Source: an uncultured Rickettsiales bacterium (GTDB lineage Bacteria > Pseudomonadota > Alphaproteobacteria > Rickettsiales > UBA8987). Taken from it: a stretch of 64,000 bases of DNA. The translations under genes were made by a program, and so were the position numbers. The stretch is taken from contig CAYULD010000003.1 in NCBI GenBank assembly GCA_964445765.1, positions 147,480 to 211,479 of the forward strand, in the 5' to 3' direction. This document shows, piece after piece, positions 45,327-54,439 of the stretch (its first letter is position 1; every line of letters begins with the position of its first letter). A model generated the notes under the pieces. The model was not told the DNA's origin, did no database searches, and saw nothing but the letters and a program-made list of their open reading frames with translations.

Positions 45327-46595
45327 ATGAAAAAAAATTTTTTTGGCAGTATCGCATTTAAGGTTCAGATTTCCTTAATATTATTATCATTAGTGGGCGT
45401 TGGTTTTTCAGTTTACACATATGTTGATGTTAAAAATTATGTAACTGATGAACTTAGGGATGAAGTTTATTCTCACATAATTCTACAAATTTTAGTAGCT
45501 TTTTTCTTCAATAGCGTTTTGGGAATGATAATTTTTAACTCAATTACAAACCCTGTTAGAAATCTAAATGAAGTATTAAACAAAATTGCAAATGGTGAGC
45601 TTGAAACAGAAGTTCCTTACACTTCATATCAAAGTGAAATTGGTAACATTGCGGTAAATATCAAGCATTTCAAAGAAAAAATGAAGGAAACATTAAACTC
45701 AGAAAAAATTATTGCTGAGCTTAAAACTAAAGGTGAGGCTGAAAAAAGGAAATTATTTGGCGAAACCGTTGCTAAAAACTTTAATGATAAAATTGTTTCT
45801 ATTGCATCTAGATTCAAGACAGTTGCTGGTGAGCTTCAAAAAAATGCTGAAAACCTTAATAGTTCAACTAAAGTTAGCGGTAAATTTATTAATGATTTAT
45901 ATAAATCTGCGGCACACGCGAATGAAAATGTTAACTCAGTAGCAATGGCAGCTGAAGAGTTAACTTCTTCAATTTCAGAAATTTCAGGTCAAACAAACAA
46001 ATCTGCACAAATTGCAGAAGAAGCAACAATTAGGGTGAATAATACTAATAATGAAATCCATAATTTAGCAGAGGGTGCAGAAAAAATTGGTCATGTTATT
46101 GAATTAATTAACGACATTGCGGAGCAAATTAACTTACTTGCACTTAACGCTACGATTGAAGCTGCAAGGGCAGGGGAGGCCGGAAAGGGCTTTGCAGTTG
46201 TTGCAACTGAAGTTAAAAACCTTGCGGAGCAAACTGCAAATGCAACTCAAGAAATCTCAGCATTAATAAGTGATATTCAGGGTAAAACAGATAATGCAGT
46301 TGGCTCAATTAAAGAAATTAATCATACAATTTCTCAAATTAATCAAATTTCTAAAAATATTGCTGATGCTATTGAAGAGCAAAGTGCGGCAACAAAAGAA
46401 ATCGCTAGAAATATTCAAGAGGCTGCTTCTCATACCGCAGGCGTTAAACAAAATGTTGATGAGGCAGTTAATAGTTTTAGTGCGGTTGAAGGCTATTCAA
46501 ACCAAATCGGCAATAATAGCGGAACTATTGATCAAACCTGCACTAACCTTGATAGTGAAGTTAAAAACTTCATCAATTCTATAAAAGAAAGCTAG
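45327..46595 (+). CDS. Methyl-accepting chemotaxis protein (two TM, HAMP, no periplasmic sensor domain)
   Basis: Highly conserved signalling hairpin [35 protein letters not shown]. There are only about 17 residues between the two TM helices. Confidence 0.9.
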   Translation: MKKNFFGSIAFKVQISLILLSLVGVGFSVYTYVDVKNYVTDELRDEVYSHIILQILVAFFFNSVLGMIIFNSITNPVRNLNEVLNKIANGELETEVPYTSYQSEIGNIAVNIKHFKEKMKETLNSEKIIAELKTKGEAEKRKLFGETVAKNFNDKIVSIASRFKTVAGELQKNAENLNSSTKVSGKFINDLYKSAAHANENVNSVAMAAEELTSSISEISGQTNKSAQIAEEATIRVNNTNNEIHNLAEGAEKIGHVIELINDIAEQINLLALNATIEAARAGEAGKGFAVVATEVKNLAEQTANATQEISALISDIQGKTDNAVGSIKEINHTISQINQISKNIADAIEEQSAATKEIARNIQEAASHTAGVKQNVDEAVNSFSAVEGYSNQIGNNSGTIDQTCTNLDSEVKNFINSIKES

Positions 46596-46657
46596 TATTT
46601 TATTTTTTATTTTGTTATAAAAAAAATTCAATTAATAACAAAATAAATTATAGTTTT

Positions 46658-46990
46658 ATGGTGAAATTTGGTGGCATTTCTGGGGAGCAACTTCGTCAAT
46701 TGGTTGCAAGAATTGAAAAGTTAGAAGAAGAGAAAAAAGAAGTTTCTGAATTTATAAGTGATGCTTATAAAGAAGCAAAAGCCAACGGCTTTGATGTGAA
46801 AGTTCTTAGAAAAATTATTTCACTCAGAAAAAGGGACCAAGCTCAAATCGCTGAAGAAGAAGAGATTATGGATCTCTACAAGCACGCACTTGGAATGATT
46901 AAAATTAGTGATAGCGATGAAGATTCATCTGATGATAATTTAGATGAAATTGAATCTGAAAATAAGGCTAAAACTAAAAAAGTCGCCTAA
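46658..46990 (+). CDS. gapR: GapR-like DUF2312 nucleoid-associated protein with an acidic C-terminal tail
   Basis: [50 protein letters not shown] matches the DUF2312 core. Confidence 0.85.
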   Translation: MVKFGGISGEQLRQLVARIEKLEEEKKEVSEFISDAYKEAKANGFDVKVLRKIISLRKRDQAQIAEEEEIMDLYKHALGMIKISDSDEDSSDDNLDEIESENKAKTKKVA

Positions 46991-48072
46991 AACTCATTTA
47001 ATTTTTTGATAATAAATTCAACTTCACTTTTTTTCATTATCGGTGAAATTGGAAGGCTAAGAACTTCTTTATGAATTTTTTCAGTAATAGGTAATTTCTT
47101 TTTGCTATATTCTTTTAAGGCCTCTTGCTTATGTGGTGGAATAGGGTAATGAATAAGTGTTTCAATGGAATTCTCAGCCAAATAATTTTTTAATTTATCT
47201 CTATTTTTGCATCTGATTACATATAAATGCCATACGCAAGAGCCATCATTTACAAAAAGTGGCTTGACAATTTTAGGGTTATTTATCCCATCTTCATACA
47301 TTTTAGCTATAGAAATTCTTGCTTTATTATCAGAATCTAAATGTTTTAATTTTGTAATAAGAACGCCAGCCTGAAATTCATCTAAACGAGAATTGAAACC
47401 CTTATAAATATTTTCATATTTAATATGTGAGCCATAATTTCTAAGAGCTTTTAACTTATCATATAGATTTTTGCTATTGGTTGTTATTGCACCGCCATCA
47501 CCCAATGCACCTAAGTTTTTTCCGGGGTAAAAACTAAAACCAGAAGCAATTCCAAAAGAGCCAGATTTTTTGCCGTTATAAATTGCGCCGTGAGATTGAG
47601 CAGAATCTTCAATTAAATATAAATTATGTTTCTTGGCAATTTCTGAAATTTTATCAATATCAGAAACCAAACCATATAAATGAACTGCTAATATTGCCTT
47701 AGTTTTTTTAGTGATTTTTTTTTCAATTAAATCTGGATTTAGATTATATGTTTCAATTTTAGGCTCAACAAAAACAGGCTTAGCACCATTTGCAACAACC
47801 GCAAGAATTGTTGCAATATAAGTATTTGCTGGCACAATAACTTCATCACCTTTGCCAATTCCAAGGGCTTTAAGAATTAAAATTAGGGCATCAAGCCCAT
47901 TTGCAACCCCAATAGCATATTTAGTGCCACAGAAATTTGCAAAATCTTTTTCAAATTGCTCAACATTTTTGCCAAGAATATACCAACCAGAATCTAGTAT
48001 TTTAGCGGAAGTTCTTAAAAATTCTTTTTTGTAGCGATCATTTATTTTTTTGAGATCTAAAAATTTAATCAT
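46987..48072 (-). CDS. DegT/DnrJ/EryC1/StrS-family sugar aminotransferase (dTDP-3-amino-3,6-dideoxyhexose type, FdtB/QdtB-like)
   Basis: 361 aa, PLP-lysine context [17 protein letters not shown], sits next to an FdtA-like isomerase. Confidence 0.85.
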   Translation of the reverse strand: MIKFLDLKKINDRYKKEFLRTSAKILDSGWYILGKNVEQFEKDFANFCGTKYAIGVANGLDALILILKALGIGKGDEVIVPANTYIATILAVVANGAKPVFVEPKIETYNLNPDLIEKKITKKTKAILAVHLYGLVSDIDKISEIAKKHNLYLIEDSAQSHGAIYNGKKSGSFGIASGFSFYPGKNLGALGDGGAITTNSKNLYDKLKALRNYGSHIKYENIYKGFNSRLDEFQAGVLITKLKHLDSDNKARISIAKMYEDGINNPKIVKPLFVNDGSCVWHLYVIRCKNRDKLKNYLAENSIETLIHYPIPPHKQEALKEYSKKKLPITEKIHKEVLSLPISPIMKKSEVEFIIKKLNEF

Positions 48073-48085
48073 AATTCTAATTTTT

Positions 48086-48496
48086 CTAGAGAGATTTTTT
48101 ATATTCGCAAAATTTTTTATAATCTCTTATATAATCATTTTCATCATATATTTCAGAGGCTAAAACAAGGCAGGTGCAACCTGATGTAAACTCTGATAGA
48201 TCCCGCCAATAGCCTTTTGGAACAAAAACCCCTTCATAAGGATATTTTAAGTTAAAATTAAAAACATTCCCTAAGCCATCATCTAATTTTAAGTTAAAAC
48301 TCCCTGATAAAGAAATAAAAAATTGCGATAATTCTTTATGAGCGTGTGCCCCACGAAATTCACCCGAAGGAACATCATAAATATAGTAAACCCTTTTAAT
48401 ATCAAAACCAACCTCACTTGCTTCAAGAAATGAAATACTCCCTGAATTAGATGAAACCTTGTTTATTTTGTGTAATTTAGGAATTAAACTGTTCAT
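48086..48496 (-). CDS. FdtA/QdtA (WxcM C-terminal)-like dTDP-4-dehydro-6-deoxyglucose 3,4-ketoisomerase
   Basis: 136 aa cupin. GSISFLEA...[22 protein letters not shown] is the typical FdtA string. Confidence 0.8.
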   Translation of the reverse strand: MNSLIPKLHKINKVSSNSGSISFLEASEVGFDIKRVYYIYDVPSGEFRGAHAHKELSQFFISLSGSFNLKLDDGLGNVFNFNLKYPYEGVFVPKGYWRDLSEFTSGCTCLVLASEIYDENDYIRDYKKFCEYKKSL

Positions 48497-49020
48497 TAAA
48501 TAAATCTTTGATATTTTGGCAAAATTTTTTCAAAATCTTCTTTTGTATAAATGTAATAAAAATTTAATTCATCTTCATCGTAGATTTTAGAACCCATTCT
48601 TTGATGAAAATCATTAACACTATAATTATCTTTTCTAACATCAAACTTAGTTAGTTCAAAACCTTTTTCAAAAAAAGCAAATTTATAAATTAATAAAGCG
48701 GATTCAATAGCACAAAATTTGGGTGCATTAGGGATTGTAATCCAGCTTCCCCAACAAAATTCGCTATTAATAATATTATAAATTCTAACTGTTCCAAGTC
48801 TCTCTTGGTTTTTATTTTCAATAATAAAATAAAAATCTTTATTGTTAATTTTATAATTTTTTATGAATTGGATTTGTTTTTCAAGATCATTTTCAATTTT
48901 TGAAATATGCTTAGATTTGCTTTCATTAAGCCGCAATTGTAAAATAAATTCAGCATCCTCTAATTCAATATCTCTAAGATTTATATTTTTTCCTGTAATA
49001 AATTTATTTGCTTTTTTCAT
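48496..49020 (-). CDS. GNAT-family N-acetyltransferase
   Basis: 174 aa with the typical RimL-like N-terminus (INLRDIELEDAEFILQLR). It is the first gene of the three-gene minus-strand amino-sugar operon. Confidence 0.7.
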   Translation of the reverse strand: MKKANKFITGKNINLRDIELEDAEFILQLRLNESKSKHISKIENDLEKQIQFIKNYKINNKDFYFIIENKNQERLGTVRIYNIINSEFCWGSWITIPNAPKFCAIESALLIYKFAFFEKGFELTKFDVRKDNYSVNDFHQRMGSKIYDEDELNFYYIYTKEDFEKILPKYQRFI

Positions 49021-49102
49021 TGAGACTAATACCTTGACAACACTGATATTTTTTTAATACTTGTTAAAAAAAATTAATTCAACTTTAATTAGTAATTATG
49101 TG

Positions 49103-50560
49103 ATGAAAACTATTAATGTTTTATATATAACAGAGGTTTATATTCAAAGTGATTATTGGGGGCCGTTTCATAGGGGTTTTTCAAACTATTTTAATTCTAT
49201 TAATAGTGTAAATTTTACAGGGCTAAATATTAGGTTGCACAAAACTGAAGATATAATTAATAAAATTGAAAAACACTCACCTGATTTTGTTTTTTTTGTT
49301 AATTATGTATCTAATTCAAATGATTATTGTGAATTTATTAAAAAAAGATTTCCTAAATGTAAGTTAGCTCTGTGGTTTATTGATTCTTTTGAGAGGTTTA
49401 AATATGCATCCTTTGAAGCATTAGATGTTTTTGATAAGGTGTTTTTATCTGGAAATGATGAATATATAAATAGGCTAGTTCAATATTTCCCATATCTTGA
49501 TAAGAAGGTTAAATTTCTTCCATTTGCCACTGATTTAAGCAAATTTAATGATAATAACTTAAAAAAAGATATTGATGTTTCATTTGTTGGAACATTGTTT
49601 TACAATTATGAGTTCAAGAGGCTTATTTCAGATAATGTTAGCTTTGATAATCATTACGAAATTTTTAATAATCTTCTAAACAAGCATAGGAATAAATATC
49701 AATTTGGTTTAATTGATAGCTTAAAAAACTCAGGTTTTCAATTTTCAGAAAATGAAAATATGAGATTATTAGAGTCATCTAATGTCCTTCAAACTATATT
49801 TGATGATCAGCTTTCTAAAGAAAAAAGATTAAGGTATTTATCAAGGTTATATGAGTTTAATTTATCTATTCACGGTGAGCCAGTCTCAGAATGGATATTT
49901 AGCATTTGTGATGTTGATTCAAGGTTACTAAGCAAATTTAAGGCTAATGAACCTATAGGTGATAGTGAAGCCCTTTCAAAATTATATAATCGCTCAAAAA
50001 TTTCATTAAATATTCAACATCATCAAGCCTATAATTTTGGTTTAGCTATGAGGATATTTGATATTATGGCTTGTAAATCTTTACTTATAACTGAGCATAC
50101 TTCAATCAAGCCTCTAAATGATTTGGGATTTGAAGAAAATTTAGATTTTGTATCATTTAGTAATGAAAATGATTTATATAATAAGGTTAAAATTTATCTG
50201 AATGATGATAGTAAAAGAAACCAAATTACAGAATCAGCTTATGAAAAAGTAGTAAACTCTCACACCTTTGATAAAAAAATTGCATATATTCTTAAAGAAA
50301 TAGGTTTTGATGAGGCTTCTAAAGAGGCAAATAAGGTATCATATAAAAATTTAATTGATTTCAAAACTCCATCAATTAATTTTAATATTAAAAGTAAAAC
50401 AATTTTTGATAAAATTAAAAATTTCTTTTTCACAAAGCAAGAAATTAAGCCAGTTAAATATAAACTCTTTAACTTAAAACCTATATTTCAATTCAAATTC
50501 AAAATATTTGGTAAATATAAATTTTCTGTATTTGTTGAAGATATTGTTAATAATAAATAA
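49103..50560 (+). CDS. CgeB-like glycosyltransferase (Glyco_trans_1_2-type C-terminal domain)
   Basis: C-terminal RSKISLNIQHHQ...GLAMRIFDIMACKSLLITEH...ESAYEKVVNSHTF resembles the CgeB/DUF3880 family. ATG at 49103 is preferred over TTG at 49061. Confidence 0.6.
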   Translation: MKTINVLYITEVYIQSDYWGPFHRGFSNYFNSINSVNFTGLNIRLHKTEDIINKIEKHSPDFVFFVNYVSNSNDYCEFIKKRFPKCKLALWFIDSFERFKYASFEALDVFDKVFLSGNDEYINRLVQYFPYLDKKVKFLPFATDLSKFNDNNLKKDIDVSFVGTLFYNYEFKRLISDNVSFDNHYEIFNNLLNKHRNKYQFGLIDSLKNSGFQFSENENMRLLESSNVLQTIFDDQLSKEKRLRYLSRLYEFNLSIHGEPVSEWIFSICDVDSRLLSKFKANEPIGDSEALSKLYNRSKISLNIQHHQAYNFGLAMRIFDIMACKSLLITEHTSIKPLNDLGFEENLDFVSFSNENDLYNKVKIYLNDDSKRNQITESAYEKVVNSHTFDKKIAYILKEIGFDEASKEANKVSYKNLIDFKTPSINFNIKSKTIFDKIKNFFFTKQEIKPVKYKLFNLKPIFQFKFKIFGKYKFSVFVEDIVNNK

Positions 50561-50580
50561 AATATTTTCAGTAACTAATA

Positions 50581-51999
50581 ATGTTGGTTAATAATAAAAT
50601 TATTATTGTTGATCTTGATAATACATTTATCAAAACAGATCTTCTATATGAAGCATTTGTTCAGTTAATAAAGTTCAGGTTTTGGCTGGTTTTTTTAATG
50701 CCAATATGGTTGATTAGAGGTAAATTATATTTTAAGAAAAAAATTTTTGAAGGTTACTCTTTAAGAGAAGATTTACTTCCATATAATTATGATGTCATAA
50801 ATTACATCAAAGATAAATGGAATTCAGGACATAAAATATATTTATACTCTGCTTCACCTGAAGAATTTGTAAAAAAAATTGCTAATAAATTTGAGTTTTT
50901 TTCTGGTTTTAGGGGCTCCACAAATATTAATCTTAAATCAATTAATAAGCTAAAAGCAATAATAGAAGATTTTGGAGAAAATTTTGATTATATTGGAGAT
51001 TCTTTAGATGATATAGTTATATGGAATAAAGCAATAAATAAAATTGCGGTTAATCCTAATAAAAAAATATTTAAGTTTCTTAGCAAAGATAAATTTGAAA
51101 AAATATTTACTTACGGCAATAATTTGAAATCTCTAATTAAATTAATTAGGGTTCATCAGTGGAGTAAAAATTTTTTAGTATTTACGCCTTACATTATTAG
51201 GGGAGATTTTAGTGATATAAGCCTATTAATTAATTTTATAATTATCTTTTTTTGTATTTCGTTAATCTCAAGCGGAACATATATAATCAATGACTTGTTT
51301 GATTTGAATAGTGATAGGCTTCACCCATCCAAAAAAAATAGGCCATTAGCAAATGGGGATACTAAAATAATTTATGCTATTTATTTAGCTCCTATTCTAA
51401 TTATTTCAGGGTTATTAATTTCTTACAATTTATCAATAAATGCTTTTTTATCATTAATTTCATATATAATAATTACCTTATCTTACTCTTTATATTTTAA
51501 GAAATTGGCAATTTTAGATGTAATATTAATCGCAGGATTATTTACATTAAGGGTAATTGCTGGTTCATTATTAATAGAGGAACCAATTTCTCATTGGCTT
51601 TTAGCTTTCACATTTACAATCTTTTTTAGCTTAGCGATTTCTAAAAGAGTTTCAGATATTAAGTTGATAATTGATAGTAGCGATAAAAAAAATTTAGATG
51701 GCAGAGGCTATAAAATTGAAGATGAAATTTTTTTGACAATATCAGGTATATCATCAGGTTTTGCTTCAATATTAATATTTTCTTTATATCTTGTTTTAGA
51801 ACAATTTAAGAGAGATATTTTTTCAAATAATGAATTTTTATGGTTTGTATGCATGCTTATAATGTTTTGGATGCTTAGAATTTGGTTCAAAACATGCAGG
51901 GGAGAAATTAAATGTGATCCCGTTATATTTGCCTTAAAAGATAAGACATCTATAATTATGGGTTTATTTTCATTAATATTTATATATTTTGCTTGGTGA
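50581..51999 (+). CDS. Fusion protein: N-terminal HAD-superfamily phosphatase domain + UbiA-family polyprenyl-phosphate phosphoribosyltransferase (Rv3806c-like)
   Basis: HAD motif I VDLDNTF, motif II YSAS and motif IV IGDSLDD lie in residues 1 to about 185. The UbiA Asp-rich motif NDLFDLNSDRLHPSKKNRPLANGD follows, with about 8 TM helices. Confidence 0.8.
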   Translation: MLVNNKIIIVDLDNTFIKTDLLYEAFVQLIKFRFWLVFLMPIWLIRGKLYFKKKIFEGYSLREDLLPYNYDVINYIKDKWNSGHKIYLYSASPEEFVKKIANKFEFFSGFRGSTNINLKSINKLKAIIEDFGENFDYIGDSLDDIVIWNKAINKIAVNPNKKIFKFLSKDKFEKIFTYGNNLKSLIKLIRVHQWSKNFLVFTPYIIRGDFSDISLLINFIIIFFCISLISSGTYIINDLFDLNSDRLHPSKKNRPLANGDTKIIYAIYLAPILIISGLLISYNLSINAFLSLISYIIITLSYSLYFKKLAILDVILIAGLFTLRVIAGSLLIEEPISHWLLAFTFTIFFSLAISKRVSDIKLIIDSSDKKNLDGRGYKIEDEIFLTISGISSGFASILIFSLYLVLEQFKRDIFSNNEFLWFVCMLIMFWMLRIWFKTCRGEIKCDPVIFALKDKTSIIMGLFSLIFIYFAW

Positions 52000-53303
52000 T
52001 GGAAGAATCTAAAGAATATCTATCTTGGGGAAGAATTTTAAGATTCAAGCATAAAGTTATTGATAACTTGCAAGAAATTAATTTTGCTAACAATGATTTT
52101 ATATTAGCCTATGGCAATGGAAGATCTTACGGCGATTCTTGCTTAAATGAAGGTAAAACTCTTTTTGATACTCGTAAATTAAAGAATTTTATATCATTTG
52201 ATGAATCGCAAGGAATTTTAGAATGTCAGTCTGGGGTTCAATTTTATGAAATTTTAGAATTATTAAAATCTAGAGCTAGAAAAGGTCTTAAAAAGTTCTT
52301 TATACCTGTTACACCCGGAACAAAATTTATTACTATAGGCGGTGCAATAGCTAATGATGTTCACGGCAAAAATCATTACAAAATGGGTTCATTTGGAAAT
52401 CACCTTATTTCTTTCAAGCTATTAAGAAGTGATAATCAAATTATAGAATGTAGCAAAGAGGAAAATTCAGAATTGTTTTTTTCTACTATTGGTGGCTTGG
52501 GTTTAACCGGCATAATTTTATCTGCTAAAATAAGGCTTATGGAAGCAAGTTCTTTTTACATAGAAGTAGAAAAAAAGATATTTTATAATTTAGATGAATT
52601 TTATAAAATTGATAATGATTCTAAAGATAAATATTTATACACAGTTGCTTGGTTAGATAGTTTTAGCAATGGCAGGGGCGTTTATTATAGAGGAAACCAC
52701 TCTAATATAGAAAAAATTCCTGAATATAAAAAGCCTATAACATTTTTTTCAAAATTTAATGTTAAAATCTTTAACCAATTCTTTATTAAAATTTTTAATA
52801 TTATTTACTTTAGAATAGCTTGTTTAACAAAAGATAAAAAATATTATTCTGATTACGATAGTTTTTTTTACCCACTAGATAAAATTAAAAATTGGAATAT
52901 TTTTTATGGTAAAAATGGCTTTTATCAATTCCAGTTCCTAATCCCTTATAAAAATAGTTCTTCTTTAATTGAAATTCTAAGTATTATTAAAAAAAGTAAT
53001 TCCGCCTCTTTTTTATCAGTTCTAAAAACCTTTGGAGGCATTCACTCACGGGGGTATTTGTCATTCCCTAGCGAAGGAATTACTCTCGCATTAGATTTTG
53101 TTAATCAAGGTGAAAAAACAAAAAATCTATTATTGGAGTTAGAAAAGATAGTTATAGAAAATAATGGTAAAATATATCCAGCTAAGGATATGCTTATGTC
53201 AAAGAATAGTTTTTATAATTCTTATAATAAGATTAATTTATTTAAGAACTATATTGATAGTAAATTTTCATCTAGCTTTTGGAGGCGTATAAATAATGTC
53301 TAA
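51999..53303 (+). CDS. FAD-dependent oxidoreductase, DprE1-like (polyprenyl-phospho-ribose 2'-oxidase)
   Basis: GNGRSYGDS and PVTPGTKFITIGGAIANDVHGKNHY match the DprE1 strings GRSYGD and PGT..VT.GGAIA.D.HGKNH. The ATG overlaps the upstream TGA (TGATG). Confidence 0.75.
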   Translation: MEESKEYLSWGRILRFKHKVIDNLQEINFANNDFILAYGNGRSYGDSCLNEGKTLFDTRKLKNFISFDESQGILECQSGVQFYEILELLKSRARKGLKKFFIPVTPGTKFITIGGAIANDVHGKNHYKMGSFGNHLISFKLLRSDNQIIECSKEENSELFFSTIGGLGLTGIILSAKIRLMEASSFYIEVEKKIFYNLDEFYKIDNDSKDKYLYTVAWLDSFSNGRGVYYRGNHSNIEKIPEYKKPITFFSKFNVKIFNQFFIKIFNIIYFRIACLTKDKKYYSDYDSFFYPLDKIKNWNIFYGKNGFYQFQFLIPYKNSSSLIEILSIIKKSNSASFLSVLKTFGGIHSRGYLSFPSEGITLALDFVNQGEKTKNLLLELEKIVIENNGKIYPAKDMLMSKNSFYNSYNKINLFKNYIDSKFSSSFWRRINNV

Positions 53304-54039
53304 AAATATTTTAATTTTTGGTGCAAACTCAGATATAATGCAAGAATTTGCTAGAATTAATGCTCTTGAAGAGAGTAATAATTTTTTTCTTATAGGTAGA
53401 GATATAGAAAGAATTAAAATTCTTAAAGATGATTTAATTGTTAGGGGTGCAAAATCAGTTGATTTTTTAAGTGCAGATTTATCTGAAATTAAGAATATAG
53501 AAAATATTATGTCTGAAGTTTCTAAAAAGTTTTCTATAATAGATGTTTGTATTATTGCTCAAGGCTCTCTAACTAACCAAATTAAAGCAGAAAATGATAT
53601 AGATTATTTTTTCTATGAGGCTAGGCTTAATAGCCTTTCTTATATGTGTATTACACTAGAATTAATAAAAGTTTTTGGAGTAGATAAAATTAAAAATATT
53701 GTTTTTATAACATCGGTTGCTGGGGATAGAATAAGGCAATCTAACTATATTTATGGCACATTCAAATCTTCCTTATCTAGTTTTTTATCAGGTTTAAGGC
53801 ATAAATATTATAATAAAGAAATTAATTTTATTGAAATAAAGCCCGGTTTTACAAAAACAAAGATGACTAAAGAATTCAAAAAGAACCTTTTATGGTCTGA
53901 GCCTTCAGTTATAGCTAATGACATAAAAAAGGCTATTTTACATAATAAAAAAGTTGTTTATTCGCCTTTTTGGTGGAAGTTTATAATGTTAATTATTAAG
54001 TTGTTGCCAACATTTATATTCAATAAACTTAAGATATGA
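53296..54039 (+). CDS. Short-chain dehydrogenase/reductase, DprE2-like
   Basis: ILIFGANSDIM nucleotide-binding turn and YGTFK (YxxxK) catalytic motif. It overlaps the upstream gene by 8 nt. Confidence 0.7.
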   Translation: MSKNILIFGANSDIMQEFARINALEESNNFFLIGRDIERIKILKDDLIVRGAKSVDFLSADLSEIKNIENIMSEVSKKFSIIDVCIIAQGSLTNQIKAENDIDYFFYEARLNSLSYMCITLELIKVFGVDKIKNIVFITSVAGDRIRQSNYIYGTFKSSLSSFLSGLRHKYYNKEINFIEIKPGFTKTKMTKEFKKNLLWSEPSVIANDIKKAILHNKKVVYSPFWWKFIMLIIKLLPTFIFNKLKI

Positions 54040-54437
54040 TAAAATCTTTACTAAATAATAATTTTATTAAATTTCTTATTTTAGGCGGTGTTGCGGCATT
54101 AATAAACTTTGTATCAAGAATTTTTATAAATTTTTTTTTAAGCTACAGATTTTCAATAATCTTATCATATTTTTTAGGAATGATTGTCGCTTTCTATTTG
54201 TTCAGGAAGTTCATTTTTATTAAATCTCAAAAGCCAATTAAAAAACAAATTTATGGTTTTGTTACAGTTAACATTCTTGGTATAATTCAAGTTTGGTGCG
54301 TAAGTGTTTTTCTAGAAGAGTTTTTTTTTCCGTTGATTAGCTTTAATTTTTATTCTAAGGAGTTTGCTCACGCAATAGGGATATCGGTTCCTGCGATAAC
54401 AAGCTATTTTGGTCATAAATACCTAAGTTTTAGTTAA
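54036..54437 (+). CDS. GtrA-family membrane protein
   Basis: 133 aa with four TM helices. The N-terminal FIKFLILGGVAALINF is typical of GtrA. ATGA overlap with the upstream gene. Confidence 0.8.
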   Translation: MIKSLLNNNFIKFLILGGVAALINFVSRIFINFFLSYRFSIILSYFLGMIVAFYLFRKFIFIKSQKPIKKQIYGFVTVNILGIIQVWCVSVFLEEFFFPLISFNFYSKEFAHAIGISVPAITSYFGHKYLSFS

Positions 54438-54439
54438 AT

